NCBI GenBank assembly: GCA_051942245.1
Contig: JAVECL010000065.1
Coordinates: 44,128 to 64,127 of the forward strand
DNA length: 20,000 bases
Reading direction: 5' to 3'
Source: Trypethelium eluteriae
Lineage: Eukaryota
The notes beneath the pieces are model-generated. The model was not told the origin of the DNA, did no database searches, and saw only the letters and a list, made by a program, of their open reading frames with translations. Positions 1-9,710 of the stretch are shown here, one piece after another. Position numbers and translations under genes: made by a program. How positions within the stretch are numbered: the first letter of the stretch is position 1; every line of letters begins with the position of its first letter.

Positions 1-150
1 AAGGATGCGAAACTCATCTTTGACAACTGTCGACGGTACAATACCGAGACGACGCCGTATGCGAAGGCGGCGAATCGATTGGAAAAATTCATGTGGAGTA
101 AGATCAAGGAGGTTCCGGAGTGGAGTCATCTGGAGCCTGAGAATTTCTAG
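1..150 (+). CDS. GCN5: 3' end (C-terminal bromodomain) of histone acetyltransferase GCN5; partial, begins before the window
   Basis: Frame 1 from base 1 reads [49 protein letters not shown] then TAG at 148-150. IFDNCRxYN...PY is the bromodomain BC-loop with its conserved Asn. The tail NxLEKFMWxxIKxxPEWSHL matches my recollection of fungal Gcn5 C-termini. Not in the ORF track because it has no start in the window. Confidence 0.9.
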   Translation, partial: KDAKLIFDNCRRYNTETTPYAKAANRLEKFMWSKIKEVPEWSHLEPENF

Positions 151-652
151 ACGTTGCATACTGCTTCGGCGTTGGAAAGGAAGCGCCCCTGGCGATTGCC
201 AAGTCGTTCGACGCATTGTGGAATGGTTAGCGTTTGGCGCATTGAGTATCTTGATATACCCTGGCTGGATGGCGGGTTCTTCCGGCAGGTTCCGCATTTT
301 GATGACTTTTTCAAGACTACGAATTACCTATGGAGCGGTAGTCTCAATCCTTTGTATTTCAGTGACAAGTCATCAGAAGTATGACCTTTGTGACTGATAT
401 AGCAGCAGCTGGTGTTTGCTCAGTGATCAGTAGGCTCTTCCATGAACCATATTGATCGACCCAAAAATCCAGCCCCTGAAAAATTCTTTCCACAAATCAA
501 AGAAAGAAGAGGAGGAAAGAAATTCATGATTAATAGGAGCTTGAAAGTTACGTAACTACTCGGCTACAGTCTCGTTGCACTCGTACCATTGTTTCCTCTT
601 TAAATTTCCCACTATTGCGAAAGGCTCGCGTGATTTTAGGTTTTGGTCTGAG

Positions 653-3600
653 CTAATCGCCAAAAAGACTATCATAGCCCGCCTCGCTCTCATGTTCTCC
701 ACTCTGGCCCGTCGCATACTCTTGTGCACCAAACCCATCGTCGCCATATGCATCTACAGGCAACTCTCTCTGCAACGGTGACCGGGCCAGATTCATACGC
801 TCCTGCGTCCTTGGAGTACGATCTTGCCAGTCGTCCAGCGGATCCTCGAGGTCCTCCGCATAGCCCGTTCGACCGTCATCTTCAATGGAATCGGCCAAGG
901 TGCAAGGTGTCTCATCACCATTTTCTTCGTCTTCCTCTGCGACACGGCCGTCTCTTTGGATGGCATTTTCAGATGGATTATCCTCGTCGTGGAGAGGCAC
1001 TCTCTGGCCTTGGAAGCGAATTGCTCCGTCGTCAAAGGTGGCTTCGCCTGCATAGCGCTGTCGTTCGTACCGGCTGGGATGGTCGGGCTCTGGGCTTGGC
1101 GCGCTGGATCTGCTGTTGCGGGATTCCTGGGTCGAGGCTTGCTCAATCAAGGATGGGGCTTCCTTCATCTCTTGAAACAGTTCGTCTTCCGAAGGGGAGG
1201 GAACTTTGAAGGTGTGTCCTGAACCTTCGAGAGGAGCGGCTTTGGAGGAGGGCTCCTCGTCAGTGCCATTCAGCAAGCTGAGACCTGGAATGCGTGGTCC
1301 ACTGGTACTTGAGTAGCTCAGCGGGTCTGAGAGTGAGCGAGGATACTGCGATTCCCGCGGCTCTTCCTGCGGCGGAGATTCCTGTTCTTCCACTACACTA
1401 TGATGGCGCTGGTTCAGGTGTGCTTCATCGCCGTTACCACCACGTCCTTGGTCTTTTACTTCGGTATTCTCTTCAAAATGCTCAGTATCAGCTTGAAATC
1501 CCAGCGCCTCTTGTTCCTCCTGTATCTCCCTTTCCACTGGGGGTCTCTCAGAATCATCCCACTTTTCGATTTCAGAGGCTTCTGTTGGCTCGATCCCACT
1601 ACGCAAGGTTCCCAAATCCATATGTTCTTGGGGATTAGTATCCCTCATGTTATCACCTGGCTTTAAACTCTCCCCTCCCTGATCTTTACTGATCGTAGCT
1701 CTATCAGCGGGTTTGTCTTCAATCCCTTCGTCCAGTTTGGAATCCGTGCCCGATTCTCTAGAAGAAACATGGGCGGCCCAGCTCTCTATAGCGCGACGAT
1801 TGGCCTCACCGGCATCACCGAGTTTTTCTTCTTCCCTACCATTGCGGCCATCGCCATCCTCATCATCGCTGAGGCCTTCCTGAACTGTGGGACCTGGAGG
1901 AAGACGGGGTGGATCATTCATTTCCAGCTGGTAGTCTTCCTCGCAACCACGGCTCGGGTTCCTCGCTAGTGGTACAGGACGAAGTCCGTCTGTGAAATTT
2001 GGCGCGGGGATCAGAGGCATTAGAGAAAGTGGATGATTGGGGAAGTTTGCGAGCCACGTATCTCCAGGAGTCACTCGTCTTGCAACCGTCCAGATGTCTT
2101 CATCTCGCCAATGAATAAGATGGATCTGCTTTCTTGCGCCTTCAAGCTGCGTCAGCCCTCGAGCTACCATGTCCCAGTAATGATCCTTGGTTCTGAAGTG
2201 AACGACAAGCTGGATGTGGTATATGTCGGCAAGTAGTTGAACCATTTCCATGGTGCTGGGCTGTTTATCCCAGAGTTGAGCCCATAGACTTACACCTCCA
2301 AAAGCGGCCGCCTTTTGATTGAATTCTCTGTACCAATCATGTCGTACGCGCCGCACATAGTTCCAGCCTCCTCCTACGAACCTAGTCGGACCGAAGAGAG
2401 CCAAGTGAAAGATCTCCTGGGCTTCCTTCTGGACCCACGCCCCTTTATTCGGGTCGTGAAAGAATGCAGCGGCGAAAGTGTCGAAGAGTGAGTTGTTGCT
2501 ATCTGATCTAGACTCTGGACGACTTTGTTGGTAGATGCTTGCTGGTTCGTTGCCCAAGCCTTGGAGATAAGCAGAATGAGAGAAAGGCTCCTCATCAACA
2601 GCAGCGATACCTAATTCGGGGTAGGCGGAAGTAACCTTGGTGGAAACGGGTGCAATTTGAGGGGCTGGCACTCTAGGAGACGCTGGTTTTGGTGAAAACC
2701 TCGCAGATGTGCCCTCGAAAGCGTTGAGAGTCTCCAGTGCATGCACCTGCTCAGTTCCTTGAGAACAACGCACTAGAAGGATCCTCCTTTCGTGATCTAT
2801 CAATCTTTTCCTAAGATCGCACGATTCGACGTCGGCTTTTAACCCCACCCGGTGACATGCTTCAACCAAATCTTCATATCCATCTCCAATGATGCTGGTC
2901 GTCAGCATGCGAACAAGTTCATACACACGTGTGCTGGTGTCAACGTTGTATCCCCGAGCAGTTGCCTGCTCGAGCACAGATCCACAGGCTTCGACAATAC
3001 GGCTCCACACCTGGGGTCTGCCTTCGCGTTCAAGTAGTTCTGGATCCAGACCAAGCGTTTGAAGGTCCTTTCCGCTTTGGATGTCCCATTGTTGGAGGAG
3101 GTTACGAGCGTCCTCGACTTGAGCTGGAACAGGCAGACCCAGAGCCAAAATGGAACTGGTGAGGAACGGCATCTCTATGAGGTCAAGGGCATGCCTGAGG
3201 ACGTCGGGCTCTCCGAGACCGCGGCTTTGACAAAGGTGGCGGAAGGCTTCCAGCTCCTTGCCTAAACGCTCTTGTATATCCTCCCTTGATGAGTCTTCGG
3301 GCAGAGGTCCACGATCCTCGACTCCCAACCGTCTTGCCCTCTCAACATCTTGCTCCACGCCTAGATCCCACTGAGCCAGTGCGTTCATCGCGTTCCAGCG
3401 CCCTCTAATTTTTGGAGCTTGAGGATTCCATCTCCGAACCTCATCCAATATGGCACTCGTGTTGTACGAGTTGGCAAACTGGTCCTGAATTCTCCGCAAG
3501 ATCTGGTTAGTGTTGAGTTTTCGAGAAGACCGTGGAAATCGTAATCCGCGACTCTGCCCGAGCTGGACGAGATGTTCCGGATTCTGAGTATCATGGTTGA

Positions 3601-3763
3601 CTAGGAGAAAATTGTCAAGAACTTCTCGATGAGTTGGTATTGCTGTATTGGCTGACTTGGCGGTAGCCGGATGGTCTTCTGTCTCTAGATCAATTTTAAG
3701 AGCCTTATCGGCGTGGCTACCGGACTCAGCGTCAGCTTTTCTCTTTTTGTCCTGAGAAGCCAT
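653..3763 (-). CDS. Uncharacterised intronless protein (~1,036 aa from MASQDKKRK; the ORF extends to 3847/1,064 aa). Putative NLS, degenerate helical SAP-like repeats, OTU-like domain, long acidic low-complexity C-terminus
   Basis: A 3.2 kb uninterrupted ORF is very unlikely by chance. ATG at 3763 (GAA ATG G context) precedes a basic KKRK motif, while the ORF track uses an upstream ATG at 3847. The last ~420 aa are rich in D/E/S/P. Domain calls are by-eye motif resemblance only. Confidence 0.8.
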   Translation of the reverse strand: MASQDKKRKADAESGSHADKALKIDLETEDHPATAKSANTAIPTHREVLDNFLLVNHDTQNPEHLVQLGQSRGLRFPRSSRKLNTNQILRRIQDQFANSYNTSAILDEVRRWNPQAPKIRGRWNAMNALAQWDLGVEQDVERARRLGVEDRGPLPEDSSREDIQERLGKELEAFRHLCQSRGLGEPDVLRHALDLIEMPFLTSSILALGLPVPAQVEDARNLLQQWDIQSGKDLQTLGLDPELLEREGRPQVWSRIVEACGSVLEQATARGYNVDTSTRVYELVRMLTTSIIGDGYEDLVEACHRVGLKADVESCDLRKRLIDHERRILLVRCSQGTEQVHALETLNAFEGTSARFSPKPASPRVPAPQIAPVSTKVTSAYPELGIAAVDEEPFSHSAYLQGLGNEPASIYQQSRPESRSDSNNSLFDTFAAAFFHDPNKGAWVQKEAQEIFHLALFGPTRFVGGGWNYVRRVRHDWYREFNQKAAAFGGVSLWAQLWDKQPSTMEMVQLLADIYHIQLVVHFRTKDHYWDMVARGLTQLEGARKQIHLIHWRDEDIWTVARRVTPGDTWLANFPNHPLSLMPLIPAPNFTDGLRPVPLARNPSRGCEEDYQLEMNDPPRLPPGPTVQEGLSDDEDGDGRNGREEEKLGDAGEANRRAIESWAAHVSSRESGTDSKLDEGIEDKPADRATISKDQGGESLKPGDNMRDTNPQEHMDLGTLRSGIEPTEASEIEKWDDSERPPVEREIQEEQEALGFQADTEHFEENTEVKDQGRGGNGDEAHLNQRHHSVVEEQESPPQEEPRESQYPRSLSDPLSYSSTSGPRIPGLSLLNGTDEEPSSKAAPLEGSGHTFKVPSPSEDELFQEMKEAPSLIEQASTQESRNSRSSAPSPEPDHPSRYERQRYAGEATFDDGAIRFQGQRVPLHDEDNPSENAIQRDGRVAEEDEENGDETPCTLADSIEDDGRTGYAEDLEDPLDDWQDRTPRTQERMNLARSPLQRELPVDAYGDDGFGAQEYATGQSGEHESEAGYDSLFGD

Positions 3764-4069
3764 TTCGTGGAAGAGATTTTTGTTGGACGTATTAGCAATG
3801 ATCCGATTCGTAAAGGCGCAGTACAAGTAGATCCTTTCCATGGACATAGACTCTGGTTTTGTCCTTGAACTTCTTTATCTTGTGTCGAAGCATCATTGCC
3901 GCATGCGGTAATGAGTGCGTAAATTCCACATCTCAAAGTCATCTCGGAACAATGACTTACCTTTTCGCACCAACAATGGGAGCTGATTGCAGAGACAGTA
4001 AGCAGTGCAGTGATAGTTACGGTATTGACAGAGTTCATTGTGATTGGGCAACAAGATCCAGTCAACAGT

Positions 4070-5119
4070 CGAAAGAGCAATGGTATCCTTTGAAGGTGTG
4101 GTGCAGCGGAGGAGTGCATTTTCCTGATTTTGTACCAAACGTGCAGAGAGTAGAGAGTTTACTTGGAAGCACCGCATTTGACGATGCTCTCGGTAAGGAA
4201 GATTGTCACTGACAAGGCTGGCGGAGCTATTACGTGAACAATGTTTTTATGCACGGGCAGTGAGCAGATATTCTTTCCGAACGCATATAAGCGCGCAATC
4301 CTCCCATTCACTTCCAGACGGAACGGTGGAATGATCCTCTGGTCGCTCCAATGGAGAATACGGCACCACGGTATGCTACAGAGGTCTGGACGGGGTCAAC
4401 CTTGCACCGCGTTTCTTGATTGGGGTTCCTGGTCATCAACAATGAACCCGCCCACCCTACAGGGCAGATGTACAGTATCTGCCCACCCCTTTTAGTACCT
4501 AAACCTCTTCAACCCCTATCTCATCCCATCCAATCTTAGTGTCGCATTAATTTTGTCTTACTCTGTATGGTTCTTGCTATCTATAACTTATCTGTCACTT
4601 ATAGTAAATAGGTGGGGTACAAATTAGATGAGATGGGAGGCAGCAACAGCGAGGTGTTAGGTACACAGTATCTGACCAATAAGAGAAGTTGCAGGGGCTT
4701 AGATACTAAAAGGGGTCCTCCCAGCTCCTCTCCTAATTCCAGGCCATACATACTCGGGTCCACCGATAGGAAGTGCAGTAGCGCGTGTTGGCTGTGTACT
4801 CCGTCCTCCGTACCGCGTATCATAATTTTGAAAGCTTTGACGATATGCTAGTACGCCCGGTTTTACCCCGTGGGGTGCGTCGCCCCTTGCACAGCAATTT
4901 TAGTGTTGGCGGAGCAGAAATGGCCGGCAAATTTGGATTTTTCGGACTTGATTGTTTCGCTAGACACTACTCCAAATTTCCAAGCGCATCGATATGACGA
5001 GTGCTTCTCAGAATCTTAAAGTCTGTCTTCGGCCTAATTCGTATTCCTAGAAGATCACACTTCGAAGTCTGATTTATTAGGGATAGCCGCTGCCTTGTGG
5101 CGACCGACGTGCACATCTA
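4070..5119. repeat. Copy A of a diverged tandem duplication (~750 bp unit plus a ~300 bp insertion)
   Basis: Collinear anchors shared with copy B: CGAAAGA 4070/5120; CGATGCTCTCGG 4182-4193/5238-5249; TGCACAGCAATTTT 4888-4901/5643-5656; CTACTCCAAA 4967-4976/5701-5710; AGATCACACT 5052-5061/5787-5796. Boundaries are approximate. Confidence 0.85.
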
Positions 5120-5810
5120 CGAAAGACAAAGTGACTTGTGAGCATATGGTGTAGTGGAGCAATTCATTTCCCCAAGATCATCAGGGGTATGAATGACGTC
5201 GACTATGGTACCAAAGTTGCAGAGCGTAGAAATTTGGCGATGCTCTCGGCAAGAAGATTTATCCCTGACCAGGCTCGCGGAGCGACATGGGGAGCGAGCA
5301 GATAGTTGTTCTTTCCAAACGCGTCTAAGTGCGCAATCTTTTAGCCGTCTACTTCCAGCAGTACGACATCGCTTTCCTGGACGGCATTCTTAATCCCTTA
5401 GTCGCTCCTGTGAGGAATACGCTCCATTCTGGAATCTCAAGGTCTGTATGGAGCCAAGCTGGAATGGTACAGTACTGAACTCGTCGAATGAGCATCGCGT
5501 TTCTGTCGCGTTTCTGTTCTCGGTCATCAGTGGAGGATGACCGAGTGGCCTGTGCGCTTAGCTCGTTCTAGCGTATATTCTAATATTACAACTCTGGCAA
5601 CTTTCTGGTTTGGGGCTCGAATAATGGCGAATTACAGTCGAGTGCACAGCAATTTTGGCGTTGGCGGAGCGGAGATGGCATATATTAGAGTTGATTGTCT
5701 CTACTCCAAACTTCCAACCGCGTTGAGCACACAATCTGTTCTGCAGAATCTTGAAGTCCGGCATCGGCCTGACAGACATGTCCAGCAGATCACACTCTTG
5801 AAGTGTCATT
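4130..5810 (-). pseudogene. Two decayed copies of an unknown minus-strand coding sequence within the tandem duplication
   Basis: Minus-strand translations align between copies. A: CDLLGIRIRPKTDFKIL / AWKFGVVSSETI..HFCSANTKIAVQ / LEVNGRIARLYAFGKN..ESIVK. B: CDLLDMSVRPMPDFKIL / GWKFGVETI..HLRSANAKIAVH / LEVDG*KIAHLDAFGKN..ESIAK. Several differences are synonymous on this strand (CTT/CTG, CTA/CTG, TTT/TTC, AAA/AAG, GTG/GTA). Stops are present and the frame shifts between the copies. Confidence 0.5.
4485..4716. mobile_element. Small non-coding element with terminal inverted repeats (MITE-like), inserted in duplication copy A
   Basis: Left end ACCCCTTTTAGTACCTAAACCTCTTCAAC (from 4485) versus reverse complement of the right end (ending 4716) ACCCCTTTTAGTATCTAAGCCCCTGCAAC: the first 13 bp are perfect and 25 of 29 match. 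The centre is AT-rich and the element lies in the segment absent from copy B. No clear target-site duplication was seen. Confidence 0.5.
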
Positions 5811-5862
5811 CAATAGCTAGAGATGTAGCCGCTACTTCATGGTGACCGAGTGACGCATTCAC
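5120..5862. repeat. Copy B of the diverged tandem duplication, possibly followed by the start of a third partial copy (~5863-5912)
   Basis: Same collinear anchors as copy A, without the ~4450-4780 insert. CGAAAACGAGGCGACTTTGGTG at 5863 resembles CGAAAGACAAAGTGACTTGTG at 5120. Confidence 0.8.
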
Positions 5863-6302
5863 CGAAAACGAGGCGACTTTGGTGGCACTTTGGAGCACCC
5901 TGGATGTATTTTCTTCTTCCTTCGCAATGGATCACAGTGACGATATGGAGTATTGTTACTTTGATTGCAGATGGTCCTTATATTGTCCTACTATCTGCCA
6001 AATCCTAGCCACTCAGGGCTTTGGGTATCCTATGATAAGGAGAGCCACCATATACACCATTCAAATTTCCAGTATTGGCCCGCGTGGCTCTCATTAACAT
6101 CCCAATCCAATGATTGCTTTCCGACGTCCACCCAACACTAATACATTAAGGAAAGTCAAGAATCGTATGTCGTTCGCTGTGTGCCGAAAGCAGGACAATC
6201 TTGCCGTTTTCCTGGTTGCCAGATATACCTCACCACCAATTATCCACGCGTTATCATTACACATTCTTTTCCCTCGACCTTTCCAGCTCTTACTCCACCA
6301 CC

Positions 6303-7701
6303 TTACGAGATGGTCGTACAAATCGCACCAAATTTTCGCTCCGTTAGAGGCTGTGGAAACACGCCGGCGTCCACCAGCTTGTACATATCCCACTCGGCCG
6401 CATTCTCCGTCTTGAAGTTCCAGAAGATCCACCCCCGCGTTGTCGACTCAAACACCTCCATCTGCGCCTCGATATATCCACGCGTGTCATCCTTGAATGT
6501 CTGATTCCACGTCGCGATATCGTTAACCGTGCCACAGCTACCAATCACCGGGCTGCCATCGAACTTGCCTTCGAAACGCGACTCGGTGCCGTAACCATTC
6601 AGCCAAGTCGCGCAGTCCGTCATGGCAGCAGTCCACTCGCCCACAAGCGTCCACTTATCCGCGCCACCGTAGTTGACAGCGTCATTGCAGACGTGCTGGC
6701 GGTGCTCCCACGGCTGCAGCGCAACCTGCCAATTGTTGAAGACCTGATACTCATGGTGGTCGACGGCGACGTGCTGCGCGCCGCCGTCCTTGGGCGTCAG
6801 GAAGCCGTTCCACGTGTTGGCATTGCGGAAGCCGTCTTGCAGCACCACCGTCGTGTCGCTGACGTTGCGCACCGTCTCGAAGCCCGACCGGTAGAAGTTG
6901 TACAGCTCGTCGAGGTCGAGGTCTGAGCTGAGCGGCTCGTTCAGCAGCTCGATCCCGACGACGACGTCCTGCATGGCTGGCGTCGCGTACTTGCTGGAGA
7001 GTGTCTGCAATACTTCTAGGGTCTGGCTGACTGAGTCGCCGCCTTGCCAGCCGGGCTTGCCGGGACTGTCGATTCTTTGGCCGGAGTTGTCGAAGCCGTT
7101 TTGCGATAGTGGGGCGCCGTGGAGGTCGACAATCACCTTGAGTGGTTTTGGTTGCGCATTGCGCGCCCATGTGATGGCCTTGTCGAGATAGGGCGCAGCG
7201 CCACTGGCGAAGGGCTCGCCGTATGAGGCGTAGGCCCAGTAGCCTATAGGTATCCGGACAACGTTGAAGCCGTAGCTGGAGATGGTGTTGAAGTCGTCTT
7301 GAGTAACCCAGCTGTTCCAGTGAGGCTTGAGAACTTGGTCATGAGCAGTCTGGTTGCCAAGCTTCTTCGACAAGGTGTACTCATCAACGATACCGTCGCT
7401 TTCAGGGAACTGCTGGAATATGGACGGGGTGATCCAGCTAAATGTCAGGTTAGTCGAAGTCTCTCAAGCGTACTGTGTTTACCTTTGCTGGGTACTTACG
7501 GTTCCAGGACAAGCCAGCCACCAATGTTGACGCCGCGTGTGACTACACTACCAAAGTCGAGTCCTTTGGCCCAATTGCTTCTGTGCATGAAGTCAGTCTC
7601 GATTCTGGAAAGACAGTAAAATAGGTTACATACGCTGGTGCCGGTGCAGCAAATGCAGAACCCGCAGCCAACAAGGCTGCTATGACAGGCCTCGATATCA
7701 T
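6303..7701 (-). CDS. exgA: Secreted glucan 1,3-beta-glucosidase (exo-beta-1,3-glucanase, GH5 subfamily 9, ExgA/Exg1-like), ~427 aa. Exons 7701-7634, 7580-7500, 7437-6303
   Basis: Signal peptide MISRPVIAALLAAGSAFA. Introns 7633-7581 (GTATGT..CTGAC..CAG) and 7499-7438 (GTAAGT..CTAAC/CTGAC..TAG) join to give [20 protein letters not shown]. Family motifs: VRIPIGYW, DLHGAPxSQNGFDNSG, ELLNEP (acid/base Glu), DHHEYQ, VGEWT (nucleophile Glu), GWIFWNFKTE. Confidence 0.93.
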
Positions 7702-9710
7702 TTGGATAAATTTACCAGCCCCCAGGAGATATAAAATACTTCGGCGCTAAAGCCGGTAGAATTGACAAGCGAATGTCAATCGGAATGAACAAATGAATCT
7801 GGCAGTGGGTATAGGGTAAGATATAGGGATGAGTAAATGATGGAGGCGTAAGGTTGAGAAGCGTTAATGTTTTGGGAGTGTGGCAACTGGAATGGTGCGT
7901 GGACCGAGAGCTAGGTATGTACCTATGCACGAGACGTTATGTTATCGGGAATGGCTGGATACTAGCTGCGCGCCGTGCCTTACTCCAGCTTCCGAGGCCT
8001 TCATAGGACAATATAGACGTTGTCGATCTCCAGGATGCTGGTGTGCGTCACAGCCGTTTTCACAGCTTTTGGAGTCGCGAGCACGACTTAATGTCTTTTT
8101 CAGCTACCACGAAAACTTTTTAGAAAAATAAGACATTGATCCGACCAACCTTGTTGGCATCTTCTCAGCAGCAAGACTCTGACTCTCCTTACTCGCAGAT
8201 ACAGGTTGGCTCTAATGAAGGCGGTGTTTGGTGTGGACCGCGACGTGTGGGCCCAGCACAGCAAACGCACTCAAGGTTGCTAGGGTAAGTCCATGCTTCC
8301 TGGTCCAATTGTTTCGCCATCATATTTCTCCATGCATGTGCCTGAGCAGGGTGTCCAATCCAAAGCACTTGGGAGCAGTTCGCCGAGCGACACCCTGGTT
8401 CGTCGCGCCAAGTCTGCCCATCTCAACGTCGGGGATGTCCTTGAAGTCAATGAAGGCATTCCGCCGCTGACGATATCGGGCATAGGATAGGATCACCTGG
8501 TCCTGCCGATTTTATCGAATAGTAAAGTCGGACTTCTCCATTCATTCACGACGTAAGTGGTGTCTGGAGGATCTCACAGTGCCGATAGGTCTTATTGACA
8601 CTACGCGGAGACTCCGTAGTTGTGTGAACGATAGATGGCTTCGGATTTGACCTTCTCCTGTTAGCCCTTCTGAGCTTCTCCGTCCAGGCGCTGCACTAGT
8701 AAACAAGTTTTGGTCGTGTGGGGGGCGATGCAGGGGATGATGAGCTGCAGGCGATTGGCTTGCGGGTGGCTGGGCGCTTGCCCGAATGGCTCAAACTGCA
8801 CGTCAACCGGCTCTTAATTTTACCACTCGGCATATCGCGATGGAAAGATCAAGGGTGTCCTACGGAATTGTGCTGTACCGACTATTCTCCTTGCTTAGAA
8901 TCGCTGAAAGGTACTCTCTAATCTCGGTTGATAGCAGTAAAGGGGCCATTGCGTGGGAAGATCGTTGAATCCCGACTTGAAATTGTGTAGCTTGAAATTG
9001 GATGACAGTAGTATGAAACACTCATTATCGTTCCAGGAGGGTGGCTGTGGCGCAGAAAATGCGTGCTATTTGTGGTATTACTTCGTACACACTAGGAAAT
9101 TGGTCTGCCACTACTTACCTCATCACCTATCTACACACCCAATTTATCACTAGACAAATGTGTAGAAAGTGAAATCTGTAGATTGAAGTGTGTAGAATCT
9201 AAGAGGAGGAGGAGCCTCAGAGAAGGACTATGTAGGTCTACACTAGTACAAATAAGGTAATAGATACCCATGGTACGCACCTCCCCATATGGTCTCGGAG
9301 ACCGCTTCCCACAACAAAATGGACAGAACGGCGCCCAGCTATTCAAAACAGCGCCTCAACAGCAGCAAGCGGACATATCTCATAGTCACCTGTAATATTC
9401 ATGTTCAGTAGGATTGAGCCTCTTGCAGGGAGAGAAAGCAGTTGCTGGAATTGAGGAAGCAACGCTCCTGAGACCATGAACAACGTCAAAAGCTTTATCG
9501 GACGGACGCTGCACAACAGGAGTTCGATTCACCAGATTCAGGATGGAAAGACACGCTCACCAGGTCTGTACTAGGTAGATCTATGACTGATCATCTATCT
9601 ACTTTGGGATATCTCATGCAATGCTACATCAAGACAATGCCGATTCCGGTCTGAAAGCTCACTCCTAGCGCTATGCACCGTCAACACCAGCGGAAAGGTA
9701 ACTATTCGCC

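Noticed and set aside
5..397. ORF-track ORFs of 130 aa and 76 aa at the window start
   Set aside because: They are out of frame with the real GCN5 C-terminus (frame 1, stop at 150) and run into its 3' UTR; no recognisable motifs.
3749..3763. The orphan ORF and the F-box gene both begin MASQD
   Set aside because: Similarity ends after five residues and the codons differ; coincidence.
6693..7619. Several antisense or alternative-frame ORFs over the glucanase gene
   Set aside because: Shadow ORFs explained by the high GC3 codon bias of the GH5 gene.
8228..8490. Three overlapping 65-80 aa ORFs and a GTAAGT donor-like site upstream of the glucanase
   Set aside because: I could not build a coherent spliced model or recognise any motif.
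8600..8620. Small imperfect palindrome ACTAC-GC-GGAG-A-CTCC-GTAGT
   Set aside because: Short, bulged, with a 1-nt loop and no context; compatible with chance.
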